Origin: the human T2T-CHM13v2.0 reference genome, Homo sapiens
DNA: 64,000 bases
Reading direction: 5' to 3' (one strand)
Assembly: GCF_009914755.1 (NCBI RefSeq)
Contig: NC_060930.1
Part shown: piece by piece, positions 1 to 16,117 of the stretch
Numbering within the stretch: position 1 is the first letter of the stretch
How the letters are laid out: each line of letters begins with the position of its first letter
Translations under genes and position numbers: made by a program
Notes under the pieces: generated by a model
What the model saw: the letters and a program-made list of their open reading frames with translations, nothing else
Databases searched by the model: none
Told to the model about the DNA's origin: nothing

Positions 1-2226
<2,226 letters not shown>

Positions 2227-2990
2227 CTGAAAACCAATAAGCTAAGCATTCAGAAACTTGGGGGGAAAAACAATAAATCCAAACACATGAAAAGGAAGGA
2301 AATAGTCAAGAGCAGAAATCAACAAAATAGACAACAATGACAAATTAACAAAATATAAGCTAGTTCTTTGAAAAAATTAATAAAACAACCAAACTTCTAA
2401 CTGGATACTAATGGAGGTTAGTAGGGTACCAATTATTACTCTAAAAATTGATAAAGAGTAAGCATTTATCCTACTTTTCCAATTTGAACTATCAGAATAA
2501 CTAAATAGACCTAATGGATGGAGTAAAGCAATTCTACAAAAAAGAATCAAACTTAAAAATACAGAAGAAATGAGAGAATTCGAGAATAACCATGTTGTAA
2601 CCCATAATTAAGTAACTGATTCAAGAAATAAATAAATGGTAAAACCAAAGAGTAAGTTTGTTGGACACAGTATCGGTGGACATTAACTGAACCCATTAAA
2701 AGTGAAGCAATCCTATCTTACATATCCACTGATGTGATGCAATGGAATGTACATGGCATCACTAAAGTCTTCTTGCACCACTCCCCGCAACAGGAAAAAA
2801 AAAAAAAAAAAACTAAATCTAATTGAGCCTATAGATCAAACACTGTGACTACCAAAAATACAAATGTGAGGATTAAAATACAAGACACTACAAGGAAACC
2901 ACAACAAAATCCAGAATGTGAACAAATGATCCAGTTTCCTCAAAAAGTCAATGGCAAGGAGAAAAAAATGGTGAGGAGGGATCTTCCAGA
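2227..2990 (+). mobile_element. Old degenerate L1M-type fragments
   Basis: A-rich, with L1 ORF2-like words (gcagaaatcaac, gttctttgaaaaaattaataaaa); subfamily not resolvable by eye. Confidence 0.5.
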
Positions 2991-3180
2991 TCAGCAGTTG
3001 ACAAATGATGGCCTGTGGACAAAAGTATACCTGTTTTTGTATGCCCCTCATACTAAGAAAGGTTTTACATTTTTAAAGGGTTTTTTAGAAAGAAGAATAA
3101 GCAACAGAGACTTAGCATGGTATACAAAGCCTAAAATATTTACTACCTAACACTTTACAGAAAAAAATGTGTCAACCCTT
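2991..3180 (+). mobile_element. MER58-type hAT-Charlie MITE
   Basis: Contains cctgtttttgta..ctaagaaaggttttacatttttaa..aaagcctaaaatatttacta..tttacagaaaaa, as in the MER58 consensus. Confidence 0.7.
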
Positions 3181-3376
3181 ATTCTAGATTACAAGACATT
3201 TAGAAAAGCTTGAGATGTAGGAACCAAATAGGAGTACAACTTGTTTAGATACCAATTAGAACAACTGCACTATATATTTTTACCCAATAGGGAAAATTTT
3301 TATTATGGAGTAGTTATTAGATGATATTAACCAATTATTGTTAATTTTGTAATATTATAGTTTTGTATGGAAGTGA

Positions 3377-3983
3377 TTTTTTTTTTATTTCTATCTTTTA
3401 TAGAGACATGGTCTTGCACTGTCACCCAGGCTGGAGTGTCGGGGCACAATCATATTTCACTGTAGCCTTGAACTCTTGGCTCCAGGAATCCTCCCACCTC
3501 AGCCTCCCGAGTTAGCTAGGACCATAGGCTCGCTACTTTTTTTTCTTTTTTTGGTACAGACAGGGTCTTTCTGGCCAGGTGCATAATTTCAGCAATTTGG
3601 GAGGCCGAGGTGGGCAGATCACTTGAGGTCAGGAGTTTGAGACCAGCCTGGCCAACATGGCAAAACCCCATGTTGGGAGTCTCCACTAAAAACACAAAAA
3701 TTAGCCAGGCATGATGGTGGATGCCTGTAATCCCAGCTACCTGGGAGGATGAGGCACAAGAATTCCTTGAACTGAAGAAGTGGAGATTGCAATGAGCCAA
3801 GATCACGCCACTGCACTCCAGCCTAGGTGACAAAGTGAGACTCCATCTCAAAAAAAAGAAAGAGAGAGAGACAATGTTTTTCTATGTTGCCCAGGTTCAT
3901 CTCCAACTCCTGGCCTCAAGTGATCCTCCCACCTCCACCTCCCAGAGAGCAAGAATTACAGGCATGGGCCACCTCACCCACTC
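3377..3983 (-). mobile_element. AluJ (-) interrupted by an AluS (+) at 3573-3868
   Basis: Minus-strand Alu halves flank a plus-strand Alu. Decayed TSD agacagggtctttct (3558-3572) / agacaatgtttttct (3869-3883). Confidence 0.85.
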
Positions 3984-4278
3984 TATAAGACATTTCTTAA
4001 AAAGATAAGGCAAAAAAAAAATATGGCAAAATATGGATAGTTGTTAAAGTTGAGTAATGGGTGCTTGCAAGTTTTTTACACTCTCTTATGTATGCTTGGA
4101 AATTTTCAATATCAAAAGTTAATTAAAAAGACAAACCTCTAGCAAGACAGATCAAGGATACAAATATACAAAACACAGAATGAAAAAAGTAACCATAGCT
4201 ATACTGAAATAAAAAATAAGACTATGAACAACTATATATTAATACATGGAAAATCTATATAAAATAACTTTTAAAAAA

Positions 4279-4565
<287 letters not shown>

Positions 4566-4809
4566 TAAATAAATTGTTTAAAAGATAAAAATGCAACAAC
4601 TAGTAAGTGAAAAATTAGAGAATTTGAATAGAGCAATTATCATTAAAGAAATTAAAATAGTAATTAGAATCCTGGTTGCCAATAAAAGGCCCCTGGCCCA
4701 AATGGTTTTACCAAACTTTCATGAAACAGATACATACCTTATACAAACTGCTTCAGCAGGGGAGGAGCGGGGGGCAGGGTGTGTGTGGAAACTGCTCATT
4801 TAAAGGGCT

Positions 4810-5429
<620 letters not shown>

Positions 5430-6039
5430 TTAATTCCTAAATCAGATAAAGACAATATACATTGGTCTCCCCGCAGTCAACAATTCACATACAACTTTTT
5501 ACTCCCCCAAAACTTAACTCCTAATAGTTTACTGTTGACCAAAAGCCTTACCAATACAGTAATAGTTGGTTAGTACTTATTTTGTATATGTATTATATAC
5601 TGTATTCTTACAATGATGTAAGCTAGAGAAAACAACATGCTATTAAGAATATCATAAGGAAGAGAAAATATATTTACTATTAAGTGGAAGTGGATTATCA
5701 CAAAGGTCTTCATCTTCATTGTCTTCACACTGGGTAGGCTGAAGAGGAGGGGTTGGTCTTGCTGTCTGAGGAATTGCAGGGGTGAAAGAGGTAGAAGGGG
5801 ATGCAGAAGTGGCAGGCACACTCGACTTTATAGAAGTACATCATGATTTCTGCCCGACTTTTTGCCGTTTCATTTCTCTAAAAACATTTTTATATAGTAC
5901 TGATCTTTCTTCTACCATTTGCTTTAGATTCAGTGCCAGTATCAAAGAAGGGTCCATGTGATAAAAGAAGTGAAAAGCAGTCTTGATAATTGAAAACCTT
6001 CTGCCATATTGTCTACTGTCAATTTGTGTTCTGGCACCA

Positions 6040-6331
6040 CTTTTTTTTTTTTTTTTTTTTGAGATAGAGTCTCACTCTGTCATCCCAGCTGGAGTGCAGT
6101 GGTGCCATCATGGCTCACTGCATCCCAGGCTCAACTGATCTTCCCCACCTCAGCCCCCCATGTAGCTGGGACTACAGACGTGTACCTCCACATCCAGCTA
6201 AATTTTTTGTATTTTTTGTAGAGACAGGGTTTCACCGTGTTACCCAGGCTTGAACTCCTGGGCTCAAGTGAGCCATCCACCTTGGCCTCCCAAAATGCTG
6301 GCATTACAGGCATGAGCCACTGCATTTGGCC
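6040..6331 (-). mobile_element. AluJ inserted in Tigger2
   Basis: Poly-T followed by antisense Alu; ctggcac on both flanks. Confidence 0.85.
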
Positions 6332-7207
6332 CCTGGCACTGTTTCTTCAAAGTCTTCTTCCTCACTGTCTAGCACTGGTTCCAAAGCACTCATCTTTATC
6401 AAGTTATATTATGTTAATTCCTCTGGTGTGATGTCTACTGGCTCTTGAATTTCTGTAAGATCCTTATGCTGAAAGACCTTTTTTGTCATATCCACAATCT
6501 CTTTCATGATTTCCTTGATTGGCTCTGGTGTAAATCCTGTGAGGTCACGCACAACACCTGGGCATAGTTTCTCCACTAGTAATTTATTGTTTCAAGTCTG
6601 ATGGCTTTTACGGCTTTTTCTATAACAATGACTGCATCTTCAATGGTGTAATCCTTCCAAACTTTCATGATGTTCTCTCTATTGGAGTTCTCTTCCACAG
6701 CACTGACAATCCTTTCCATAGAGTACCATGTGTAATGCCTTAAAGTTCTTTATGAACCCCTGGATTTAGAGGCTGAATTAGAGACATTATGTCTGGGGAC
6801 AAGTAGACCACTTCCACAGCTTCGATGTTGAACTCATGGGGTTCTGGGTGGCCAGGGGCATAGTCCAGTATCAAAAGAATTTTTAAAGGCAATCCCTGCT
6901 GGCAAGGTACTTTCTGACTTCAGGGACAAAGCATCAATGAAATTAATCCAGAAAGAATGATTCTTGTTGTCCAGGCCTCCTTATACAACCACAAGACTAG
7001 CAGCTGGTACTTATCTTTTTCCTTCAAAGCTCGGGGGTTAGACACTTCATAGACAAGGAACCCAACTGCATATCCATAAAATAGAAGAATTTGCGTACAC
7101 CTTCCTGCCTTAAATCCTGGTGCTCATTTCTCTTCCTTACTAATAAATGTCCTTTGTGACATTTTTTCCAAAACAGGTCACTTTCATCAGCATTAAAAGC
7201 TTGTTCA

Positions 7208-7280
7208 GGGCTGCTCTGCCTATGGTGTAGCCATTCTTTTATTCTTTTGCTTTCTTAATAAACTTGCTTTTACAAAAAAA
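7208..7280 (+). mobile_element. Short ERV1 LTR (MER41-like) 3' fragment with AATAAA and short A tail
   Basis: gggctgctctgcctatggtgtagccattcttttattc..ttcttAATAAActtgctttt then acaaaaaaa; the Tigger2 sequence resumes afterwards. Confidence 0.65.
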
Positions 7281-8532
7281 CACCCACTCAGGAAGATATA
7301 TTTAATACTTTCTCCTCAATGATTTTCTGAATGGTGTTTGGGAACTCATCTTCTGCCTGTTGGTCAGCAGAGGCTTTTTCTCCGGTTCTCTTGACATTTT
7401 TTAAGCCAGATCTCTTCCTAAAATTATCAAACTATCCTTTGCTGGCATTAAATTACCCAGTTTTAGATCCTTCTCCTTCCTTCTGCTTTAAGCTGTTATA
7501 CAATGACTTCACTTGTTTTTGAATAGCATTAGTTTATATGTATGCCTTTCTCATAGCAATTCTGCCCCCACATAAAAGCTAAATTTTCAATAAAACATGA
7601 AAAGGTACTTTGCAAAAAGTACGAAGTTTTCACACCTGCTGGCATAGCTGCAGCAACAGCTTCATGAATTTCCTTTTCTTTTTTCACAATGGTCCTTACA
7701 CTCAATTTATTTATCTTGAAATGGCAGGCAATCACAGCTGCAAACCTCAATCCATAGTACATACCAAGCATTTCACTTTTTCTGTAATGTCATTACTTTT
7801 CTCTGCTTCTTGGGAGTACTCCCAGTATCATTAGTGGTACTTTGTATGGATCCCATGGTATTCCACTCGGATTTCTGACTTCATAGGGGTCAGTGGCCCT
7901 AATCTCTGCACTGTTCAAGGATCAACTTCATATAAAATTATTTTTTATTTCAGAATAGATGTACCTAGTATACCCCATCTCAGAAGGGCCCATGTTTTCT
8001 TGTATAACATTTCAGAGATACTCTTATCATCTGTGTGTGTGTGTGTACGTGAATACACACATAAGTTTTTTTTTTTTTAATCACACATATACACTGAAAA
8101 GCATGCTACATACACCATCTGGCACCTTCCAAAAGATTTTTCCTGGAAAAGGGATACATAATCATGGTTTTATTCAAGACAGTTCTAGTGTTTAAAATCA
8201 CTTTTGCTGACTACAGCAGTAACAAATGGAAAACACCAAAACATATGCAAAAACAGCTTCACTCATAAACCCAACCACTCAGGTAACATTTACCTGTATT
8301 TCCTACCTTCTCTGCATAAAAGAAATACAGGGTACAGGTTAGATGGTATACAGATCAGATGGCATCCTATGACTTTTTAATAACACACAACACTAAATGT
8401 TATGACCATAAGTAGATGACCTCAGAAATCTAGTTTAACCTGCTCCTACTAGATGGCTCTCCTACCTTAGAAACCTAAACTGACCCAGTTCCCAAAAGAG
8501 GTAGGTAAGAATCCATGGACAAAAGTTAATCA

Positions 8533-8844
<312 letters not shown>

Positions 8845-9516
8845 TCATATGAAGCTTACATTTCTTTCATACTAAACCTGTTAGTCTAGCTTGGAATACC
8901 TTCCAGATGACAGAAAGCAAATAATAATTAGTGTTCCCTCTGTTAAGGATCCCACTTCTCCCACACTCCTACAGTTCAAACATCTCACCATCACAGAGCA
9001 CACTTCTCAGTAAAACATCAACTACTATTTAAGCTCAATAATATTTAAACCAAGAATCAACAAGAAAGCAAGGCCACTTTTAGGGAAGAAATCTAACTTC
9101 AACATAGTCACAAATAATGGTTACGCCAGAGAAAAATGAAGTTACCAAATTCCTTGCGCATTCCTCCCTGTTGCTATCCTTGGGAATCAACTACCTTAAG
9201 ATAAAGAGTAAGAATGGTTGCCTGTTCAAAACATCAGAGAAAACAGCTTGCGGATGCTGTCAATGAGAACTATCTCAGATTTCTTTCCACCAAAAGCAAA
9301 TCTGGTGTTAATTTTAATGGAAAAGTCTCCTCTACTACCTATTGCATCGCAACAATTTCTTGAAATAGTAAAATGAAGTAAAACAAGTTTATTTCGGGGG
9401 CAGAATCTTCTGATTTCAAAATGTCAATTGAATTTATCAATTTTAACCTTTCGGAATATTTCAGGTTTTTTTGGGGAGGGTGGCATCAAGTCCTCTTAAG
9501 AATATTATAGGGATGT

Positions 9517-9890
<374 letters not shown>

Positions 9891-9949
9891 TTATGATCGT
9901 CTGTTTTATTCAACAATACTGCGGGAAAAGCTTCAGCTGCAAGCTGAGG

Positions 9950-11400
9950 GGGTGGGAGGTGGGGAGATGGAAGAACGCGCTGCAGGTGTGCGGATTCTGC
10001 CTAAAATTGCGGCTACGAACTGGACCTTGAACACTCCTCCGTCAGCTGACTTGACTGCCTGTGTACAGTCTCAATTTGAGCCGACACACGGATTTCACTT
10101 TTGAAAAGCAACGAAGATGAAGAACTCGTTTTGAGAAATGGATGAGAAAAAGGTAGCTCAGGAGACGAAGCCTCGGGAAAAGAGGCAATCAACCCCACCC
10201 CACCGGCCTGTGCTTCCGGCCTCGACGCTCCGCCGTGCTCCCCGAGGCCGCTCCTCTGCGGAGCTCGCTCTCCCCACTGGTCCCCAGTCCCGCAGCTACG
10301 CGGCCTCCGCACGGTTAAGCAGCACGGGCCGGGCGTCTGCACCTTCGGAGAAAAGCCGCCGCCCAGGCTCCGCGCTGCGGCGTTACCTGTTAAGAAGCAG
10401 GGAGGCGGCGCTGAGACAGAGCAGCAGGAAGCAGAACAGCGGGTACTGGCGGCAGATCTCGCGTCCCACGTCCAGTCGCAGCCGCTGCTTCAGCTTCTGC
10501 CCCATCGTCCGCACCCAGGGCACCATCTCCGTAACGGCGAGGCCGAGACTGCGCTACTGGCTGAGGCAGAGGTCAAGGCGACCCCCCATCCACACCTCGC
10601 GTCCCCGCCCCACCGACTTGGCGGCGCACACAGACGCCTACCGGCAGTTAGCCGCCGCAGGCTGAGGTCGCGTCCGGCTGGGCCCAGCCCCACGCCCCCC
10701 GCCGCGCGTGCGCGGCCGCGGTCCCCAGCCGACCAGAGGAACGGCCGTAGAACGTGCCCGAAGTCGTCACCCAGCGCAAAGCCTCTAGCGTCTCGCCGCT
10801 CCGCCCTCCTGGCCGGAGTAGCGCGCAGTCTTCCGTGGAAACTCTGACAACGCTGGCGACCGGCCATTTCCGGAAATCAAAGGACAGCCCCAGCACCCAG
10901 TAACTGCCTGTATTGCGGAGGAGAGGGAAGAAGGTTGTAGGGAGCCCGGAAGAAACTACAGCACCCCCGTAGCCGCCGGGCGCTGCCTGAGGGGCAACCG
11001 GAGCTCGTGGAGCCCGCTGGGAACTGTAGTCTTCGTGACACGAACCCGCAGAGGGATGGAGCGGGTGGTAGCGCTTCCCCGACCCCGCAACGCTCCGCGC
11101 CTCACCGTACACTCGGCTCCGGGTGGGAGCAGGTCCGAGCTTTGCGTGACGCCTAAGGGAGAGGGGGATAGGAGGACGCCTTTGAGTCGGTATTTTAAAA
11201 GGGGTGTGTTGGGGGCTGGGGGGGTGGCGAGTAAAACAGCCCTAGAATAAAGACTACAACTCATCAGGCCGCCACCCCACCAACAAAATCTCTTTTGCGC
11301 GCTCACGGGCAAGGGTAGAGCTCAATTCACGCCGGCTCCGGGAGCCCAACCAAAATCCGAGTGCTTGGAAGAGGCAGGTTGGCAGATTAGGTAAAATCCC
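9950..11400. promoter_or_regulatory. SNX14: CpG island / promoter of SNX14
   Basis: High GC and CpG around exon 1. ACTACA/ZNF143-type motifs at 10955, 11012-11031 and 11253; ETS CCGGAA sites. Confidence 0.9.
10387..10526 (-). CDS. SNX14: Sorting nexin 14, coding part of exon 1
   Basis: 140 nt encoding [46 protein letters not shown](R), the SNX14 N-terminus with its first hydrophobic segment. Donor CAG|GTAACG at 10386. Exon 2 lies left of the window. Confidence 0.95.
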
Positions 11401-11519
11401 TCTTATAGAGTCTCATGGGGTTTTCCCTTTACTAATTCATCACATTTCTAAATTTTTTTTTCTGTATTGTCCGCTACAGTGAGAGATGCAGGAAGACTAT
11501 TATCGCGAAAATTTACTTA

Positions 11520-11700
11520 GGCGGTACAGACACTAAGCACTTTCATTTGACCTTCATGCATTCACCCCATGGTGTAGGTACAGTACTATAGTTTCAATCA
11601 TTATACAGGCAAATTACTGAGACAGAAAGGAACTTAGGATCATAAAACTAACAAAGCCGGAATTTGAACACGTTCTAAAGACAGAGCCTGTGCCTGTCAT
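11520..11700. mobile_element. MIR, degenerate
   Basis: MIR-like words aaattactgagacagaaagg and gccggaatttgaacac. Confidence 0.5.
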
Positions 11701-13215
11701 CTCTCTTTCCTAGGCTCTTATCCTTCAAAGTGGGGAAACAAATGTTTTTTAATGATGTATGTAGTTTCATGAATATTTTCCCGTATTACAAAAACATGGA
11801 TCTTTAATGATGCATTATTATCCTTTATCAGAATGTACCATCCTGTTCCATTATTGCTAACCACTAAAGTCCATTGATATTACCATCCTTGATGATAAAC
11901 CTATGCACATTTCTAATTATTTAGAATCAACTTTAATACAATTACTGGGTCAAAGGGTAAAAACAAACATTCTTGATACAGTCAAACTGCTTTGTAGAAT
12001 GGTGGTACCAACTCCACAGTGGTGTATAAAAGTAAACAATTTCACTGATCCTCACGATTAGCTATTATTGTCTAAACATCACAAATACACTTTTCTGTTT
12101 GTAACTAAACCATTTAAAAGACTACAGTGTAACATCATTGGAAAGCTTACCATTTTTTAATATTTCTAGGTACATATTTAAACATTTATTAATTTCACTT
12201 TGGCAGTTTTTAAGTATCTTTATCTGTTAATACTAAAATAGGTGTATGTTGAGTGGATCTACATGTATCAAGTGCCTCCTATGGACTTGAGTGCTTTACA
12301 CTTTTGTAAATTACCTTTTAAAAAACTAATCTCATGACAAATAATGTAAGTTATTAACCTGCCTGGTAAATTATGTTGCCTTTTGTTTAAAACTTTTGCT
12401 TCCTTTTAAAGCCTTATTTTGAAATTACTCTTTTCACCAAGAGCCAGTATATTTTAAAGACAAAATGTTTTGAGTTCTGTTCAAAACAGACATCACTACA
12501 ACATCCAATTAAAAGACTTCTTTCCCATCTGATTTCTTAGAGGCAATTAGAATAAGTTAACTGGACAATAGATAATTTAAATTTCCAAATTGCTCTTATG
12601 ATTAGAAAAGGAAAAAAAATATAATAAACTTCAGCCATAAGGAAATTCTTTATGGCAGAGAATTTCCACACCTAAAGCATGAAACATAATTCAATTTCTG
12701 TCACTACGGACCTCATCTAAGGAAATAACCTTTATTTCATTACATGTCTTTAGCCTATGGTCTAGAACCCACCTTTACACGCACAGAGCTCAAAATTTTT
12801 TCCCCAACCTTGTTAAGTTCTGAACTTTGGAGAGGTTATATGGAATATCCACAATCAACCAACCCTGGTTCTGAAACTAGCTCTATCTCCTACTAGCAAC
12901 ATGTTAGCAAGATTAACTTGATCTATCTCACTCCTACCTCAACTCTAAAACAGAGCTATTTTCATAAAACAGGTGGGGGGTGGGGGCTAAAATGGGTGGA
13001 AAGTTGGAAAGTGCCTCTTAAATATCTCTGTACAATGCTTAAGACAAAATTTTTTTTTCAAATTTTATGGCTTTATGAACATGACAATAATGAGCTAAAC
13101 CAATTAGCTTTTATTTGGATTACGACAATCTAAAATGAAAATGACATATTAAATACCTTATTTCTAGGAAAACTGAGGTCCAGAAAGGCTGACTGCCTAC
13201 GCTAAAGTTCTACAT

Positions 13216-13477
13216 CTGCACTGTCCAATACAATAGTCAGTAGCCACATGTGGCCAGGGAGCACTTGAAATGTGGTTTGTTGTGATGTGTAAAGTACCTG
13301 TCACATTTCAAAGACTTACCATGAAAACTGTATTAAATGTAAATTAAAATTAGTTTTAAGGCAATTACATATTAAATGTTTTGGAAATAATTGCCTTAAA
13401 GTATTTTTACTTTAATGTAGCTAGAAACCTTAAAATTACATATGTAGCTTGCATTATATTTCTACTACACTGTACTG
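13216..13477 (+). mobile_element. MER3/MER33-type hAT-Charlie MITE
   Basis: ctgtccaata..tagccacatgtggc..gagcacttgaaatgtgg .. aaattacatatgtagcttgcattatatttcta. Confidence 0.7.
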
Positions 13478-16117
13478 TTATAGACTCTGCTAGCTGTGGA
13501 GAGCCAGTACAATTAAATGTGTAAATCTTTTATAAATGCTACAAAGGTCACATATGTGCTAGGTGTACACTGACAAACTATAAAAAGTTAAAAATTTGAT
13601 AATGCATTTAAAGGGCTCATAGACATTAAACTGCAATCCAGTAATATGTCCATTATTTTAATGAATATATTTATTGAATAGCAAATAAGTGTAAGGCACT
13701 GTGCTAGATGTGGTGGCAGATACATTTAGATGCATTTTTTTCTGACCTCCAAAGGCTTACAATCTAGTGAAGCAAACAAGTCACATAAAATGTTATAAAG
13801 GGCAGCGGTTTTATACATAAAGACTGTAATCTTTTTTTTTTTTTAATGACAGTTAATGGCAAAAGGGAAATTTTTAGCTATAAGGATCTGGAAAGGCCTG
13901 TGGGAAATAATGTGAGCGAAGAATAGGACTTATCTCTGTTTTCACTTATAATTTTCAAAAGTCATGAAGTACTAGGCAAAGTTTCCAAAATGCTTCTACT
14001 TAATTTAACCTGATTCTCCCCGCCACACCAGCAAAATGCTTTTTATGTTGGTACAGTAAGTTTGCAAGGTAATGATGAATACCTGAATTGCAGAAATTAG
14101 GCCTAAACTCTGATGACCCTTAATGTAAACCACATTTTAACGTGTTGAGGGTCATTATTTGTATGGCACAGGTATATCGGGAAGAGGATGGATATACTAC
14201 CCCTGGGAGCCATTTCAGTCTCTCCCTTACAGATGCCTCCTATCACATGACAGGCATTTTCAAAGCCCTGTTTTTCCCTTGTCTCAAATGATCATGGTTT
14301 ATATTTCACCTTTTGTGGCATCCCTAATGTTATTTTTACATCCTTAATTTTACATTTCATAGCACCCTCTTCTCCCCCACAACCTATCCCTACATATCAA
14401 CCTCTTGATAAACCTGTTAAAGAGGCCACTGAACTGCTTTCTTCAAAAAATGTTCCTTTCCTTGGTTTTCAAAACAGGAATTTATTACAATGGAAAATAT
14501 GTAATTCAAGGAAGAGGAACATTAAGTAATTTTTATGAGTGGAGGGTCTGAGATGTTCAAAATGCAGTTATTTTCACATTCAACCCTCTTTTATTTTTAT
14601 GGCCATGAGGTAAAACCTCCATTGGGAAAATACAAAGAACTAACAATGTTATAGAGCCAGTGGCTCAACTACAGATACTCCCTGGGTAAAAGCCATGTTT
14701 TGATCATAAAATTCTGGATGGTCTCATTATCTTAGTACCAAAAAATTAACCATTTCATATTTGTAGTCGTTTTTCTAATTTATGATGAAATAGCCATCCT
14801 CTTAAGCCTCACTTTTGGAGAAGCAGGAAGCTACTTATAATTTGAGAAAATGTAAATTAATAACTGCTTGGAAACGGAAAATATACTCACCTGTTGATTA
14901 ATATTAACGATTAGAAAAAGCACTTATAATCCAACATCACCTTTCTCTTGTAGGCCAATGCTTTTGTTTACTTTTTAAATTACCCCTTAAATAAGTAAAA
15001 CACTCCATCTTATTTCTGAACTACAGACAATGGTTTCCTCTCATTAAAAAAATGTTAACTGTATCCCTTCAAATGTTTAAATACACATTTCAACTGACTT
15101 CACTAACTTCATAAAATATTTTGGAAAAACTTTGCAATCCTTCTTACCTCTCACAAGCTATTTCCCAAAACATAAAAATTAAAGCTCTTCACTGTTGTCC
15201 TAAAAACCACCATGCAACCAGGCTTGGTTCAGAACAGTGAAAATCACTAATATTGGTACTTCAGCTCTTATTCTACTAGTAAGGGTTGCTACCAAATAAT
15301 TAAAATCAATTTTTACCTTCACTAAAAATAAACTTTTCCTCTTTTGGCAAGCTGATTCCAGAAAATAAACTCAACGTAATATATCTAAGTATAAATCTTG
15401 AATAATAATTTTGAAAATTTTTATTGTAAAATTTCCCTTATATATTCAAAGACAGTTACTATTTGAATTTTTCTTTAACTCATATGAACACAAGATTCTA
15501 AAACAGTCTGAATTTTTAGCATTATGTCCTAGTCAATTTTGTGAAACAATTCAAGATATATTCTTAAGTACTCAAGACAATTAAGAACTCTGCTGTCCCC
15601 AGATGTTCAGAGAACAGTTCTATCACTTCTATTTTTAGTTAAAAACAACAAAAAATGCTTATAGTTAAAAACATCAGCTTTCAGTTATTTCTTGTGGCTA
15701 AAAAGAAAGCTTTAAGAATGCTCACAGAAACACTGATGGCAGAACTAGAGCAATTTTTGTGGGGCATTTAAGCTGCTTCACAGTTAAGACACCTAGGACA
15801 AATTATCCCTATCTAGATGGTCCCTTGCAAGTACTGAGTTTTCAAATGTTAACATAATTATTTTTTAAATTGGTTTAAATCTATTTACTCTTCAGCCTCT
15901 GCCAAGTTCCATCGTGTTTTCTACTATGTAAAGCAACATAAGAAACTATTACTTACCATGGTGGAGGAAAGAAGATTGTAATTACCAGATACACACTGCC
16001 AAAAAAATTGTAAGGGTAGCAGCAATAATTTAAATGATTCTGAAGGTTCCTGCTATTGCAAAGCATAGAAATATCAGATTTTCAAATGACATCAGATGTT
16101 TTAAAACTGTGGCTTTC

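Larger units (their letters stand above)
5460..7929 (-). mobile_element. Tigger2 (TcMar-Tigger) DNA transposon, near full length, with decayed pogo-like transposase
   Basis: Tigger2/MER28-type terminal sequence at 5470-5820 and TIR-like tgttcaaggatcaact at ~7912-7928. ORF 7529-7771 resembles the HTH-psq/CENP-B DNA-binding region. The minus strand at ~7170-7200 reads FNADESDLFW (DDE motif). Interrupted by an Alu and an LTR fragment. Confidence 0.8.

Noticed and set aside
10013-11312. ORFs of 70-175 aa over the SNX14 island
   Set aside because: Same GC artefact; the real coding exon is the 140-nt minus-strand segment.
14068-14118. Box C (ATGATGA) ... box D (CTGA) with partial terminal stem, resembling a C/D snoRNA
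   Set aside because: Only ~51 nt, internal CTGA too close to box C, no plus-strand host gene and no recognisable guide sequence.
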